DNA from: Eutreptiella sp. 'Long Island Sound 2002'
Lineage: Eukaryota; Protista; Euglenida
DNA length: 64,000 nt
Assembly: GCA_964036045.1 (NCBI GenBank)
Contig: OZ038378.1
Location: 160,766,001-160,830,000, forward strand
Direction: 5' to 3'
In this document: positions 1-10,560 of the stretch, one piece after another
How the letters are laid out: each line of letters starts with the position of its first letter
How positions within the stretch are numbered: the stretch's first letter is position 1
Translations under genes and position numbers: made by a program
The notes under the pieces: generated by a model
What the model was told of the DNA's origin: nothing
What the model saw: only the letters and a program-made list of their open reading frames with translations
Database searches by the model: none

Positions 1-1301
1 CCATACTACACCCCTGCCAAGAGTTGTTGGGCAACATGCACCAAAGGCTCCGTGGCTGATAAAAGTAGTAACAAATGAAACAACTCTTATATCTATTGGA
101 GACGTCAGAATTCAAATTGGCTCGTGCCAGGCATAGTGAGGACAAGTAATACAACTCGCCCTACAGGATGCTTACCGTAGAGTTAGCTGATGCAGCTGAG
201 TATTCAACGGTAATGGTGAGCGCATCGGGTTGTGTGTCCTTGATGGCACCATAGACTGGGAGGCTGGGTAGGATGCCAACTCACATAGTGGGGAGTGGGG
301 TGAGCGCAGAGCGCACTGGAGCGCGGGAGGGAGATATATTGTGGGCGATAAATCCAATAGATTTGGTGTAGTCATAATCTGCCAACGTTCACGGGTCTGT
401 AGTGTGTGTGGCGTTGTGTCGCGGTTCAATGCCTTTGGCTGCTGTGACAAAGATATGTGCATTTTTTATCCATTTCATAGAACATGCAGTCATGGGGAAT
501 GAACAGGGACCTTTTAGGGTGAGGTTTGGTGAAAATTTCAAGCAAATCTGAGCTAAGCACCATTGAAAAGTAGAGACCAAGGCCCTTGCAATCCATACCA
601 TACTTTGTTTTCAAGCGCTTTCGAACCAACTTCCCCATGCATCACAAGAAACTACATGAGTCACATGTTGCAAGAAAAAAACAAAAAAGAATCTATGCAC
701 TTTTTAAATTGCTAATAAAAGTATGACTAGTGTTCATCTAAGCTGCTTTAGCAACACTCGAGCAGCTTTGTCCTCACCTATTGTCACTTTGAATTTGCAT
801 CAAATTGCATGGCAGTGGATGGAATCCAACAAGTGACTCCATAACACACATGCAAAAAAGGATCACGGTGGATGGCTGCACTGCAATGTATGGGAAATAT
901 TGACTATACAACAGCAATCGGGTTCTTTTGTGCTGCCTGCTGGGCACGAATTGGATTCCACATGGTCACAGTGTATGTTATGTGGGGTGGTCATGACAAA
1001 AAGTGTGCTGCCCATGGGTTGGTGCTGGCACAGGTATGAGGATTGTGAAAACCAACGTGTAGCCAAGAAAGAGGAGGCCAAAGAATGTTCCGAAAGATTG
1101 GGTGACTGCCTTACGAGACAAGGAGTGTGATGCTAGATTTGGTGAAGTTGAACCACGCAAAAACATGAATTTTCAATGCGGATGTCATGCCACAATTCTA
1201 CATGAATTCTCAGCCCCCCTTCCCCATTAAGCCACAAGTCATTGGACTAAAGGCTGGAAGTGCCTATGGCGGGGGCATTCAGTCAATCAGAACCGACCAT
1301 T

Positions 1302-1302
<1 letters not shown>

Positions 1303-1345
<43 letters not shown>
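1303..1345. repeat. (CT)n microsatellite
   Basis: Uninterrupted CT dinucleotide run of about 43 bp. Confidence 0.98.
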
Positions 1346-1348
<3 letters not shown>

Positions 1349-1942
1349 CCACTTTGCCTGCAAAGTGTCCATGTACATTGATGGATGATGTTGTGTTCAC
1401 TTTCTTTTGTAAAGGGCGAGAGCCTCACCCGGATGAATGAGTTGCAACTAGTGTTTGCGTTCACAGTGCAAGGGGAGTTACAAGTGTGGTAAAAAGCCAA
1501 GCTGAGACTAGTGCGGCTTTGCTGTCATCAACCAAGAGAGAATCGCTCCACTGAATTGCGTGTGTGAGGATGTTGGAAAGGATTTTGGGCCTGATATTTG
1601 AGAAGACCGGGAGTTTGTTGAGCAGAAGTGCCAGTGTTTGCATCTACAGCAGTTCTTGGCGTGATTGTGTTTGGGGGTGCTCTTAGCGCGGTGCGCACGG
1701 TGCAAATTTTGGGGTAAACAATGACTCGTTGTATGGGGGAGCGGACGCACCATGCATGCACTGTGCATCTTTTTATTTAGATAATTTACCTGACCCTTTT
1801 GTCTTGCTTGGTTGTTGCCCCCTGGAGGTGCTGGAGGTGCTGTGTCTTGTGCTGTGTTGCTAAGCTGTTACCCCATTTCACCCTAAATGCCCTAAGGGCT
1901 GCATTGTACATGTTATCCCTTGGTCTACAGCTCAGTAACACG

Positions 1943-2224
1943 ATGTCATTGTCTTGAGCTCAAGCTGGTACCTATGTCTTCTATCACCTCAGCAGTGCAA
2001 ATGAGTGGGTTCCTGCTACTGTTTTGGGCCCCTCGCAGCACCCTGGTGATTACCTACACATACAATATGAGTTGAATGGGAAGCCAGTGATTCATATGCA
2101 TATTCATGTGCATACTTCTTGTCTCAGAAGTGATGCCTGCTCACAGAAAGAAAGAAGGCAACGGGAAAATTCAGCGGGGGCTCATAGTTTGCAGAGTTTA
2201 TGCAAACTTGTGCTTCAGAAATAA
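1943..2224 (+). pseudogene. Stop-disrupted paralog of the SH3/Tudor-like small ORF at 2541
   Basis: MSLS*AQAGTYVFYHLSSANEWVPATVLGPSQHPGDYLHIQYELNGKPVIH aligns to MSLSWVTPGTHVFYNRASTGDRVPAIVLGSSPQPGDFLRIQYEVGGKVVVH. TGA at 1955-1957 replaces the Trp. It lies ~210 bp inside a GGGGG-type element end at 1735. Confidence 0.75.
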
Positions 2225-2540
2225 GGGGGAGATTTGAGAAATTACATGCTTTGGGGACTCCAAGTTGGTAGGGAATAGGAAGGTTTTTCTCATTCCTCCA
2301 TGCCCTGCAAGCCCTGAGATAGAGGGTGTTGCACGCACCGTGCGCGCACTGCTCAAAAATTCGATATATCCGTTGTCACGGGCAGTGTTTCCCCCCCCAT
2401 TCCAAGCTCAAAGGCACCATGTTATGGTACGGTGGGCTGCGTTGGGGTGCTTGTAACTAAATGTTACCTTTGCCCGCCTATTCTTGCATGTTGTAGTGTT
2501 CTTAATGGTCATGTTCGTTGTCCCTCAGCTCAGATTTAAC

Positions 2541-2957
2541 ATGTCTTTGTCCTGGGTCACCCCTGGTACACATGTCTTCTACAATCGCGCGAGTACGGGT
2601 GATCGAGTCCCAGCAATTGTGTTGGGTTCTTCACCGCAGCCCGGGGACTTTTTGCGGATCCAATATGAAGTTGGTGGCAAAGTAGTTGTCCATGAGGCCG
2701 CTGCACTCCACCGCATTGAGTTCCGGATCAGGAGCCCCTCCCCATCACCCCCATTATCTCCATCACAACGCCATGAGGACAATTCAGGTGGACCTATTGC
2801 TGAAGATGGGGGAGGTGTTGACGTTACAGAACCCCCTGCAACTACAACTGATACAGTGGAGGACCCCAAACCCAGCGAAGACCCCCATTTTCAAGCTGAA
2901 AATGTTGATCCTGGTGAGCAACCACAGCCGGAGGCACCTGTGGAAGGCAAGAAATAG
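2541..2957 (+). CDS. Small protein (138 aa): N-terminal SH3/Tudor-like beta-barrel plus acidic Pro-rich tail; function unknown
   Basis: Open frame from ATG 2541 with a beta-strand pattern (VFY...VPAIVLG...LRIQYEV) conserved in the paralog at 1943. Both ATGs follow a pyrimidine tract and CAG|CTCAG. The fold assignment is pattern-based inference. Confidence 0.5.
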   Translation: MSLSWVTPGTHVFYNRASTGDRVPAIVLGSSPQPGDFLRIQYEVGGKVVVHEAAALHRIEFRIRSPSPSPPLSPSQRHEDNSGGPIAEDGGGVDVTEPPATTTDTVEDPKPSEDPHFQAENVDPGEQPQPEAPVEGKK

Positions 2958-3250
2958 GGACACTGGGACATATGGCAAGCATCAGACTAAAAAAAAAGTT
3001 CCTGGTGTACCAGCAGGGGCCAACAGGGGCAAAAATAGGGACACTGGGACATATGGCAAGCATCAAACTAACAAAAAAAAATTCCTGGTGTACGAGTAGG
3101 GGCCAACAAGGGCAAAAATAGGGACACTGGGACATATGGCAAGCATCAAACTAAAACAAAAAAATTCCTGGTGTACCAGCAGGGACCAACAAGGGCAAAA
3201 ATAGGGACACTGGGACATATGACAACCATCAGACTAAAAAAAAAAATCCT
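2952..3250. repeat. ~82-bp minisatellite, about 3.6 copies
   Basis: AAATAGGGACACTGGGACATATGGCAAGCATCA...GGGCA recurs, with TAGGG anchors at 2955, 3036, 3119 and 3202. Confidence 0.95.
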
Positions 3251-3609
3251 GGAAGTAACAAAAAACCCCTGCAAGGCAGAAAGAAAGACCAGGTATCACC
3301 CAAAGGCCTCTGGCGACCATCGACAATCATTTGGGAACACCCGCCAGAGTGGTTTGTAGTGGGCCTCTTCACTGGGTAAAATCCCCAGAAACACCGGAAA
3401 GGGGCCGCACCGTGCGCGCACCGTGCGACCACACCCCCATCGGAGAAGGTTTATCGTTTCCTATTCCTCCCGGGTCAGAAAACCCAAGGTAGCAGGAACT
3501 GTGTGTCACTTTTTTATTCCTCCCTATCTTTGGGACCCCATGGCAGCAAGCAGTTTTTTCATAAAATGTGGCCCGGCATATCTACTGCTTTGATGATAGA
3601 ATGCAAAGT

Positions 3610-3849
3610 AAACTTGTCATACTGTAGCTTTGTGGGACGCCTTCAGGGCGTGGCAGTCACACCCTTCATCCGCTGGTGACAGTTTACAGGTACCAAGTAT
3701 ACGTCCCACCGTCTCCCGATGGCATGTGGCTGTCGCTACACGGGACAATATATGTTGTACTTTATTTGCCACACAGAACCCGTCCGTCTGACCGAGCACT
3801 TGCGAGGAACACCTGAGTCTAAGCAAAAAAAAAACTTGTCATACTGTAG
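3610..3849 (+). mobile_element. Short poly(A)-tailed retro-insertion (~204 bp) with 18-bp target-site duplication
   Basis: AAACTTGTCATACTGTAG at 3610-3627 and 3832-3849. A10 tract at 3825-3834 runs into the second copy. Confidence 0.75.
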
Positions 3850-4894
3850 TGTTTGGTGCCAAGCCAATAGATGGCCATATCCCGAGAGCCCGGCGTTGGG
3901 AACTTTGATGGGTGCAGGCACCCTGCTTTCCGGTTTTCAATTGCATAGTGAGTGTGGCAGAGTGAGTGTCGCAGACACCGCACGCGGACATCGTAGCAGA
4001 GGCAGAAGCGTCAACACAGAAACCCCACACTGAACAATAAATTCGCATTTGCGTACTGATTTGAATTGTAATATGTATGGGTCTCTATAACAGTTGTCTT
4101 TTGACTGTTTGCATTGAAGCATCTCTTCACTCCTGATTTTTTGGTGAACTATTAATGGTTGATGAAAACCAACGGATCACCCAGAGAGATGCTGTGAGGG
4201 AGCATCCATGGACTCACAGAACGTCAGGGTAGAGGTGTGACAAAAGAATGGTTCATGCAAGACAGATGGGAGTGGTGCCGGTATTGTACGTCGTGCTGTG
4301 TCTCTTGTAGTTTCAAAAATGGAGTATGGGTGGCTGGGCTCACAATACTGCATAGAAAACAATCTCAAAATCGGGCAACTTATTTTGAAGGTCTCACTGC
4401 AGACAAAGCACATCGTCAACCATTGGTTCACAATGTATAGAGTATCACACGATTGCGCATGTTGCATTTGTTGCGCATGTTGCATTCTCAACTGCGCGTT
4501 GTTCTGTATGGGTTCTTGGACAGTATTGACACATCAGCTATTCGTCAGCCGTTACCCAAAATTGACCACCCGCAAGGATAGCTTCCACAGGTGCTCACGC
4601 ACGTGACCAAATGCTTCACCTCAGGAACCAGTACCACGTTAATGCTGGACGGCAACAAGGGGTAGAGAACCTTGTAGACGAATGCTCACAGTGTTTCTGA
4701 ACTCCGTAGCCGTGTCCACTTTACAATGCTTAGTATAACCATACCGCAGCATGAGATGGCTGCCACTAATCACACCACCAATCATTCGACGGGTTTAGGG
4801 GCGCTTAGGATGCACCAGTGGCGCAAAAATAATAATCAGGCTTGGTAGCACACAACAATAGCTTGCAAAATACAGCGGCTGGTATTGTGCCCAT

Positions 4895-5608
4895 GGGGGA
4901 GCGTTAGTACGCCGGGCGCGCGCCGGGTAAAGTTTCGGCCTATTTCCCCGCACTTATCCCCCTGTTCCCCATTTTTTGCCCCCGTTATGTAGCCAATTGT
5001 GATTTTGTTCCCTTCTATTTGGGGACCCCCGAGAAGGCACGGGTTATGTAGCCATGCTGAGTGACAAAGGAAGCCGGGGCATCTACGTTGATCGCTCCGG
5101 GGGCAAGTGCTAAGGAAGTACCTTCGGGGAACCTAAGGCCGTCCCGAGCTTTGCGGTTTCAGTACCTACGCAATTTTCATTCGGAGGCAGGTCCGTCACC
5201 CTCCCTATGGACCATGGGAGCATGTCCCGCCTCATGTTTGGACTGATAAAAGCAACTCGGCCGCCACGCAAGATGAGGCACAGGATGAGGCAGAATTGTG
5301 TGCGTTGTGTTGTCAAAAGCGTTCCACCATCACAGTTTGTGGTGAGTGTGAAGAGCACTATTGTGCTGTGTGTATTGACACCCACACTTGTGGGAACAAT
5401 GTTGTTTGTTAAGCACGATACAAATGGCATTTGCAGTTGTTGAATTCACAATTGTTGTCTTTTTATGCAACGTGCTTTGTAGGGATGGTGTGTGGTCCAA
5501 TGTGGTCTCCTTGCGGGGCTTCTCCATGAGAGGGTAAATCTGGGGCTAAAGTCGGGATCGTCAATAGGAAAGTAGCGCGCCGGGCGCGCGCCGGGCAAAC
5601 ATTCCCCC
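4895..5608. mobile_element. GGGGG...CCCCC TIR element (CCGGG-GCGCGC subfamily) with CAT TSD
   Basis: CAT|GGGGGAGCGTT...CGCCGGGCGCGCGCCGGG at left; TAGGAAAGTAGCGCGCCGGGCGCGCGCCGGGCAAACATTCCCCC|CAT at right. Confidence 0.65.
5092..5412 (+). pseudogene. Cys-rich zinc-finger gene fragment inside the TIR element (absent from the ORF track: no start codon)
   Basis: Stop-free frame ending CALCCQKRSTITVCGECEEHYCAVCIDTHTC...VC* (C-x2-C-x9-C-x2-C-x4-C-x2-C-x3-H), resembling B-box or piggyBac C-terminal cysteine-rich fingers. Confidence 0.55.
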
Positions 5609-5855
5609 CATGTGCAGCACATCTTTGCACAACTGCAGCAGTGGAAGGTTGATGACATGATCATTTGCTCACTGTTCTCTTGGTGCTGGTGTTGTTACCT
5701 GGGCCCTTTTGGTGAAGATCAGTATGGTGGGTGTATGCGGCGTAGTTGTGCAACAAGGTGCAAACCACGTGCACATCGTGCACCCGTTCTCCTTTTGTGA
5801 AGGCACTGGTGGCATAGAGCTCCCACGACCTGTCGGAGTTTTCTTCTCTTGTCCA

Positions 5856-6161
5856 ATGTCTGAAGAGCCAGTCGCCAAGAGACAGAAGGTGGGGCACATG
5901 CTGAACATCGCCGACTGCGTGGACAAGGCCTCCGAGGGTCTGCCGTTCTCTGTGCTGAAGGTTTCAAAGTTGAGCGTGCTTCAAGGCCTGGCTGAACATG
6001 CCGACGACATGATGACCGCGTTCGGGCTGTACACAGTCGAGGAGTTCGCTGCGTGGAGGTTTGGCCGGTGGGCCCAGGCTCTTGTCACAATGGCAGACTG
6101 CGAAGTGGAGGGCAAACGGCCTCTGGATGCAAAGCTGAACATAGACCTTGCTCTGGACAAG
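5856..6161 (+). CDS. Exon 1 of a gene with two tandem HhH-like repeats of a small bacterial-type hypothetical protein family
   Basis: MSEEPVAKRQK (NLS-like), then LNIADCVDKASEG...LQGLAEHADDMMTAFGLYTVEEFAAWRFGRWAQALVTMA. Ends LNIDLALDK at phase-0 donor AAG|GTGCAC (6162). Confidence 0.8.
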
Positions 6162-6297
6162 GTGCACGTCTTCTCCAGCCCTGTTTGCCCTGCCTCGCCC
6201 TGCCCTGCTGCGCTGACCTGCTGTACATGGAAGTGAGTTGCAGAGCAGTCTTGACTAGCGGGGCTGTATGCAAGCAGGGTGGATACAAGCAGGTCTT

Positions 6298-6663
6298 ATC
6301 AAGCCTAGGCAGTATCTGGTTTGCCGGATACCTACAGACACCTTCCATTTTCCCCATTTTTCTACCGGATGCTCGGGTGCCAAATTTTCTGTTGAGGCTG
6401 AGGGAGACCACACGGAAAAATTGGGGAAAGTTGGATCTAGTAACATACGACCACCTGCCCAAAAATTGTGCATTCTCTCCCACTTTTAGTTATTTTTCTC
6501 CCATTACAAAATTTTTTTTTCTTCCCTTCCCTCGTGCCTTCCCATTTTCCCGCATTTCCCCGCATCCCCCCCATTTTTTCTTATTCTCCCCCATTTTCCC
6601 CATTTTCCAATGGCTGTCCTGGGACTTGGGGACCTCTGGATTCGGATACTACCTAGGCCTGAA
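6298..6663. mobile_element. MITE-like insertion in intron 1
   Basis: Imperfect ~21-bp TIRs: ATCAAGCCTAGGCAGTATCTG vs reverse complement of right end TTCAGGCCTAGGTAGTATCCG. Interior has 10-bp-periodic TTTTCCCCA tracts. TSD not resolved. Confidence 0.5.
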
Positions 6664-7494
6664 TTATGTACATGTGGCCTGCTGGGTAGAGCTGCTGCTG
6701 GTTGCTGCGTGTGGTACTGGTAGCAGGCGAGTATATGGAATGGTGTCACAGCCCATGTCAAGCCTGCTTGCATCCACCAAGCTGGCATACAGCCTACCTC
6801 GTCACGCCTACTTGTATCCACCCTGCTGGCATATAGCATCTACCTAGCACACAGTGAGGGGCACATTGATGCAAAGAAAGAGCCCTAAAAAAACAGCCTT
6901 TGCGACTGGCAGGCTGCTTGCTTCTAAACGCAGGTCATCTCCGCCCATGCGATTTCGATCTTTAATTTTCAATCTGTGAAACAGTTATGGGCACTGTGCA
7001 TCACCATCCCTGCCCCAAGGGGAGATGACCCATAAAGCAGGGGTTATTTTCGAGATTTTTTTTCAATTGCGGCTGACCCCCAGGCCTTCCATCCCACCAT
7101 TGAAATCGATCCTTGGAGTCCTTGGTACAAAGTGCAATTGTCGTGCATGTCCGAGGGAGACCGCCAAAATCCGTGCATCACTTCTCCTTCCTGGCATCCT
7201 GAGAGGTGAGGAATGAACATTGCTGCATGATTCCGCATGTCTGGCAATGTGTTTGTTGCCTTGCTGCCTTGGAGTAATCTACACGCATTATACATGTGCC
7301 TTTTTGCAATGGTGGCACGCAACGATGCTGAATGCAGCTGCGCACTACAATTTCTCCTACTTTTCTAGCTCCTTGCTCAATATTGGAACCAAATCTCTCA
7401 AAACCATCCATTTCCTTTTGTTTCGATTTCGGCAGCACAGCATCACCATATTGGAATCTTTCAGACGTTCCTGCCTGCCCTCATTCATCGTCAG

Positions 7495-7767
7495 GAACAT
7501 GAGACAAAGTCGTTGAAGGAGATCATTCAGCTTTCTCCCAGTGCCCTTCAGGGCCTCCCCCCCGCTGCAGATGAGATCCTACAATCTCACCAAGTGACCA
7601 CCATCGAGAAGTTAGGGTCCTGGAAATATTTGAAATGGGCGCAAGCGATCGTGACGCTCGCAGACGCCGAGGAGCTCGAAACGGATGCGGAGAAGAATCT
7701 TTCCAACCCCTATGTTGCGATTGTCGCTTCACTGGAAGCCAGCGTTCGAGCGGCACTGTTTTCCCAG
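7495..7767 (+). CDS. Exon 2 of the HhH-like repeat gene (second repeat)
   Basis: Acceptor TCAG|GAA at 7494/7495 continues in frame: EHETKSLKEIIQLSPSALQGLPPAADEILQSHQVTTIEKLGSWKYLKWAQAIVTLADAEE, a clear paralog of repeat 1. Candidate phase-0 donor CAG|GTCCTC at 7768. Confidence 0.8.
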
Positions 7768-7935
7768 GTCCTCCTGTGTCCCCTCACCCCTTCCTCTTCC
7801 TCCTCATCCTGGTCCACATCTCCTCCCGAGTAGCAGTTTTGCATGGAATGGACATGGCCCGTTTTGACCACTTCGGTGGGTTCCAGGAAGCACCATTGTA
7901 TGAGGTTTCCATTTCCATTTCATACGTGTGCTCAG

Positions 7936-8823
7936 GTGGCGGATGCTTCCCGCAAGGCCAACAACTTGAATGACATCGCCGCTTTGGTGGACCCCCCGAA
8001 AGGAGTGCCTCAGAAGATGTCCGGTAGATGGAGGCGTGACCTAGTGTTGGCTGTTCAGAGGGCTCAAAACATGGCCAAGCCCAGAGGCCGGCCTTCCACA
8101 GATTCTCAGGTTGATGCTGACAACTCCTCCAGCAGTTCTGGGCTGCAGTTTGAACTGCAGCTGCAGGCACAGGCAAGGCAGCATGCCCAAGAACAGGCCC
8201 TGGCAGAAAAACAGAGCAATGCACTGGCTGCGGCAGTGGCAGAGATACGTGCACAGGGAGAGGCACAGGCAAGGCAGCATGCCCAAGAACGGGCCCTGGC
8301 AGAAGAACAGAGGAATGCACTGGCTGCGGCAGTGGCAGAGATACGTGCACAGGGAGAGGCACAGGCAAGGCAGCATGCCCAAGAACGGGCCCTGGCAGAA
8401 GAACAGAGGAATGCACTGGCTGCGGCAGTGGCAGAGATACGTGCACAGGGAGAGGCACAGGCAAGGCAGCATGCCCAAGAACGGGCCCTTGCAGAAGAAC
8501 AGAGGAATGCACTGGCTGCGGCAGTGGCAGAAATACGTGCACAGGGAGAGGCATTTCGACAAGCCCAGGCACAAGCACTGGCACAGGCACAGTTCCAGGC
8601 ACAGCAGGCACGAGCATGGCGTCGGACTTTGCAGTCGGGTAGGGTTCTACAGGCCCAGATAAGGTATTACTTTACCGTTGCGAGGACCCACGAAAGGAAC
8701 CTAATCCGTAGTGAGCGCCTGTTACGGAACCAGGCTCAGGCTTGGGCTCGGGCCCAGGCCCAGTGGGAGCTACTGTTTGCTGTTTTGATGGACCGTCTGG
8801 CACGACGACGGCCTGGACGGTAG
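7936..8823 (+). CDS. Putative exon 3: Ala/Gln/Glu-rich coiled-coil tail
   Basis: Acceptor CTCAG|GTG at 7935/7936 is in phase with exon 2; 888-nt open frame. The linkage to exon 2 is inferred from splice signals only. Confidence 0.5.
   Translation: MADASRKANNLNDIAALVDPPKGVPQKMSGRWRRDLVLAVQRAQNMAKPRGRPSTDSQVDADNSSSSSGLQFELQLQAQARQHAQEQALAEKQSNALAAAVAEIRAQGEAQARQHAQERALAEEQRNALAAAVAEIRAQGEAQARQHAQERALAEEQRNALAAAVAEIRAQGEAQARQHAQERALAEEQRNALAAAVAEIRAQGEAFRQAQAQALAQAQFQAQQARAWRRTLQSGRVLQAQIRYYFTVARTHERNLIRSERLLRNQAQAWARAQAQWELLFAVLMDRLARRRPGR
8166..8549 (+). repeat. 96-bp coding tandem repeat x4 (32 aa: AQARQHAQERALAEEQRNALAAAVAEIRAQGE)
   Basis: Unit starts at 8166, 8262, 8358 and 8454; near-identical and frame-preserving. 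Confidence 0.95.
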
Positions 8824-8873
8824 CCTTGACAGCGGCCTCCCCAAAGCAGCGCTTTCCAAACAGCAGCCCCTGC

Positions 8874-9404
8874 CTACCAGCTGCCCATCCAGCAGGCCCT
8901 GCAAAGCAGCTCCTTCCAAGCAGCAGCCCCCTGATTCCGGTTGGTTGATTGCTTGAGGGGCTGCACGTTCCAGAACAAGGCCCCTTCTTTTGCAGTGTGC
9001 GCGAGAGTGAGACCAAAGGGGTGTTGGTTGAGGGAGTGGTGCATGGTGAAGGCAATGGCGTTGCAGACGGTGTGAAAGAGGGTATTGGGGTCGTTGTGGC
9101 GGACTGTGTGGCAGATGGGCTGAAGCTGCCCAACGGGGATAGTAGGAATAAGGGTCGGCGTTGGCGATGGCGTCAACATATTTGTGATGACAGTCTGAAT
9201 AGCCACATCCTGCCCTACCCCAAACAGCACACTTCTACCGTCGGGTATGAAGGCAGCTACCGCCATGTAGTAGCGAGAATCCCTGTAGCTCTTCAGCGTT
9301 GTGACTGTTTGGACATCCCACAAGAAGGCGAACCGGCCTTCGTGAGTGGAGAGGGCCGCAGTCCCGTCAGGCGAAATGGCAATGTATATCGGAGGGAGCC
9401 AGCC
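8874..9404 (-). pseudogene. WD40/beta-propeller fragment followed by a Thr/Pro/Ser-rich linker
   Basis: GWLPPIYIAISPDGTAALSTHEGRFAFLWDVQTVTTLKSYRDSRYYMAVAAFIPDGRSVLFGVGQDVAIQTV has two (S/I)PDG blades and a WD dipeptide, followed by TPSPTPT. Upstream sequence has stops and frameshifts. Confidence 0.65.
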
Positions 9405-10444
9405 TAAAGGTTTTGGTCTGGATGGTCTTTTGCTGAACTTTCGACCACCTTATCACCCCACCCCAAAAAACAAATTTCTGGCACCCTTGGTGCCGTATTT
9501 TACAACAGCCATTTAATGATCCGGCCGCTTTTTCGCAACCCCCTCCCCCTCCGTATTTGAATGGCCTTCGGGTTCTGTTTGAAGAGACAGACAGAGACAG
9601 AGATTGTGTGTGTGTGTGTGTGTGTGTGTCTGTGTGTGTGTGTCTGTGTATGTGTGTGTGTGTGTGGGTAGTGTGGGTGTTTGTGCTAAACTGTTTGAAC
9701 TGCTTTGCTCTGGTGTGGTATTCCGTGGAGCTCCGAAGCGAGCCTTCAAAAAGGCAAGCTCAGCAAGTGCAATTGACAGCATTTTTGCGTTCCCCAGTTG
9801 CACACCAGCAAGTGTGCTGGGCTGGTCACCTGTAGCCATCAGTTGTATTAGGTGAGTGCATGTCCCTTCGTGGCTCTGCACATTCGGTATGGGTGCGGAT
9901 AGCAGCACCCGCTTGCCTTTTCTGAAAAAGGCAAGGGAGCCTTTTCAGGATTTGTCAGCGTGTGGGAGAAAGTCTGCATTTTTTCAACTGTGTTGGCTGG
10001 TCGAGGGTCGGTGTTGGCGATGGCGTCAGCATACTTATGACTGAATAGCCACATCCTGTCGTACCCCAAGTAACGCACTTCTACCGTCGAGTATGAAGGC
10101 AGCTGCCGCCATGTAGTAGCGAGAACTGTAGCTGCTCAGCATTGTGCCTCTTTGGACATCCCACAAGAAGGCGAACCGGCCTTCGTGAGTGGAGAGGGCC
10201 GAAGCCCCGTCAGGCGAAATGGCAATGTATATCGGAGGGAGCCAGCCTAAAGGTTTTGGTCTGCATGGTCTTTTGCTGAACTTTCGACCACCTTATCACC
10301 CCACCTCAAAAAACAAATTTCTGGCACCCTCGGTTCCATATTTTACAACAGCCATTTAATGATCCGGCCGCTTTTTCACAACCCCCTCCCCCTCCGTCTT
10401 TGAATTGCCTTCGGGTTCTGTTTGAAGAGACAGACAGAGACAGA

Positions 10445-10479
<35 letters not shown>

Positions 10480-10560
10480 TGGGTGGCTGTGGGTGTTTGT
10501 GCTAAACTGCTTTGCTCTGGGGTGGCATTCCGTGGAGCTCCGAAGCCAGCCTTCATATGC
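9151..10560. repeat. Tandem array 1 of an ~853-bp WD40-module/(GT)n unit (~1.65 copies)
   Basis: AGGGTCGG anchor at 9151 and 10004; (GT)n tracts at ~9606-9670 and ~10448-10480; long near-identical blocks. Confidence 0.92.

Larger units (their letters stand above)
2322..3438. mobile_element. GGGGG...CCCCC TIR element (PIF/Harbinger-like, non-autonomous) carrying an ORF and a minisatellite
   Basis: Left end GAGGGTGTTGCACGCACCGTGCGCGCAC; right end GCACCGTGCGCGCACCGTGCGACCACACCCCC. Flanks ATA/ATC are a near-match 3-bp TSD. Same end architecture as 24362-25530. Confidence 0.55.

Noticed and set aside
1-1130. Decayed protein-like frames and a CxxC-containing ORF (900-1130)
   Set aside because: Possible transposase debris (BED-like), but too few conserved residues to call.
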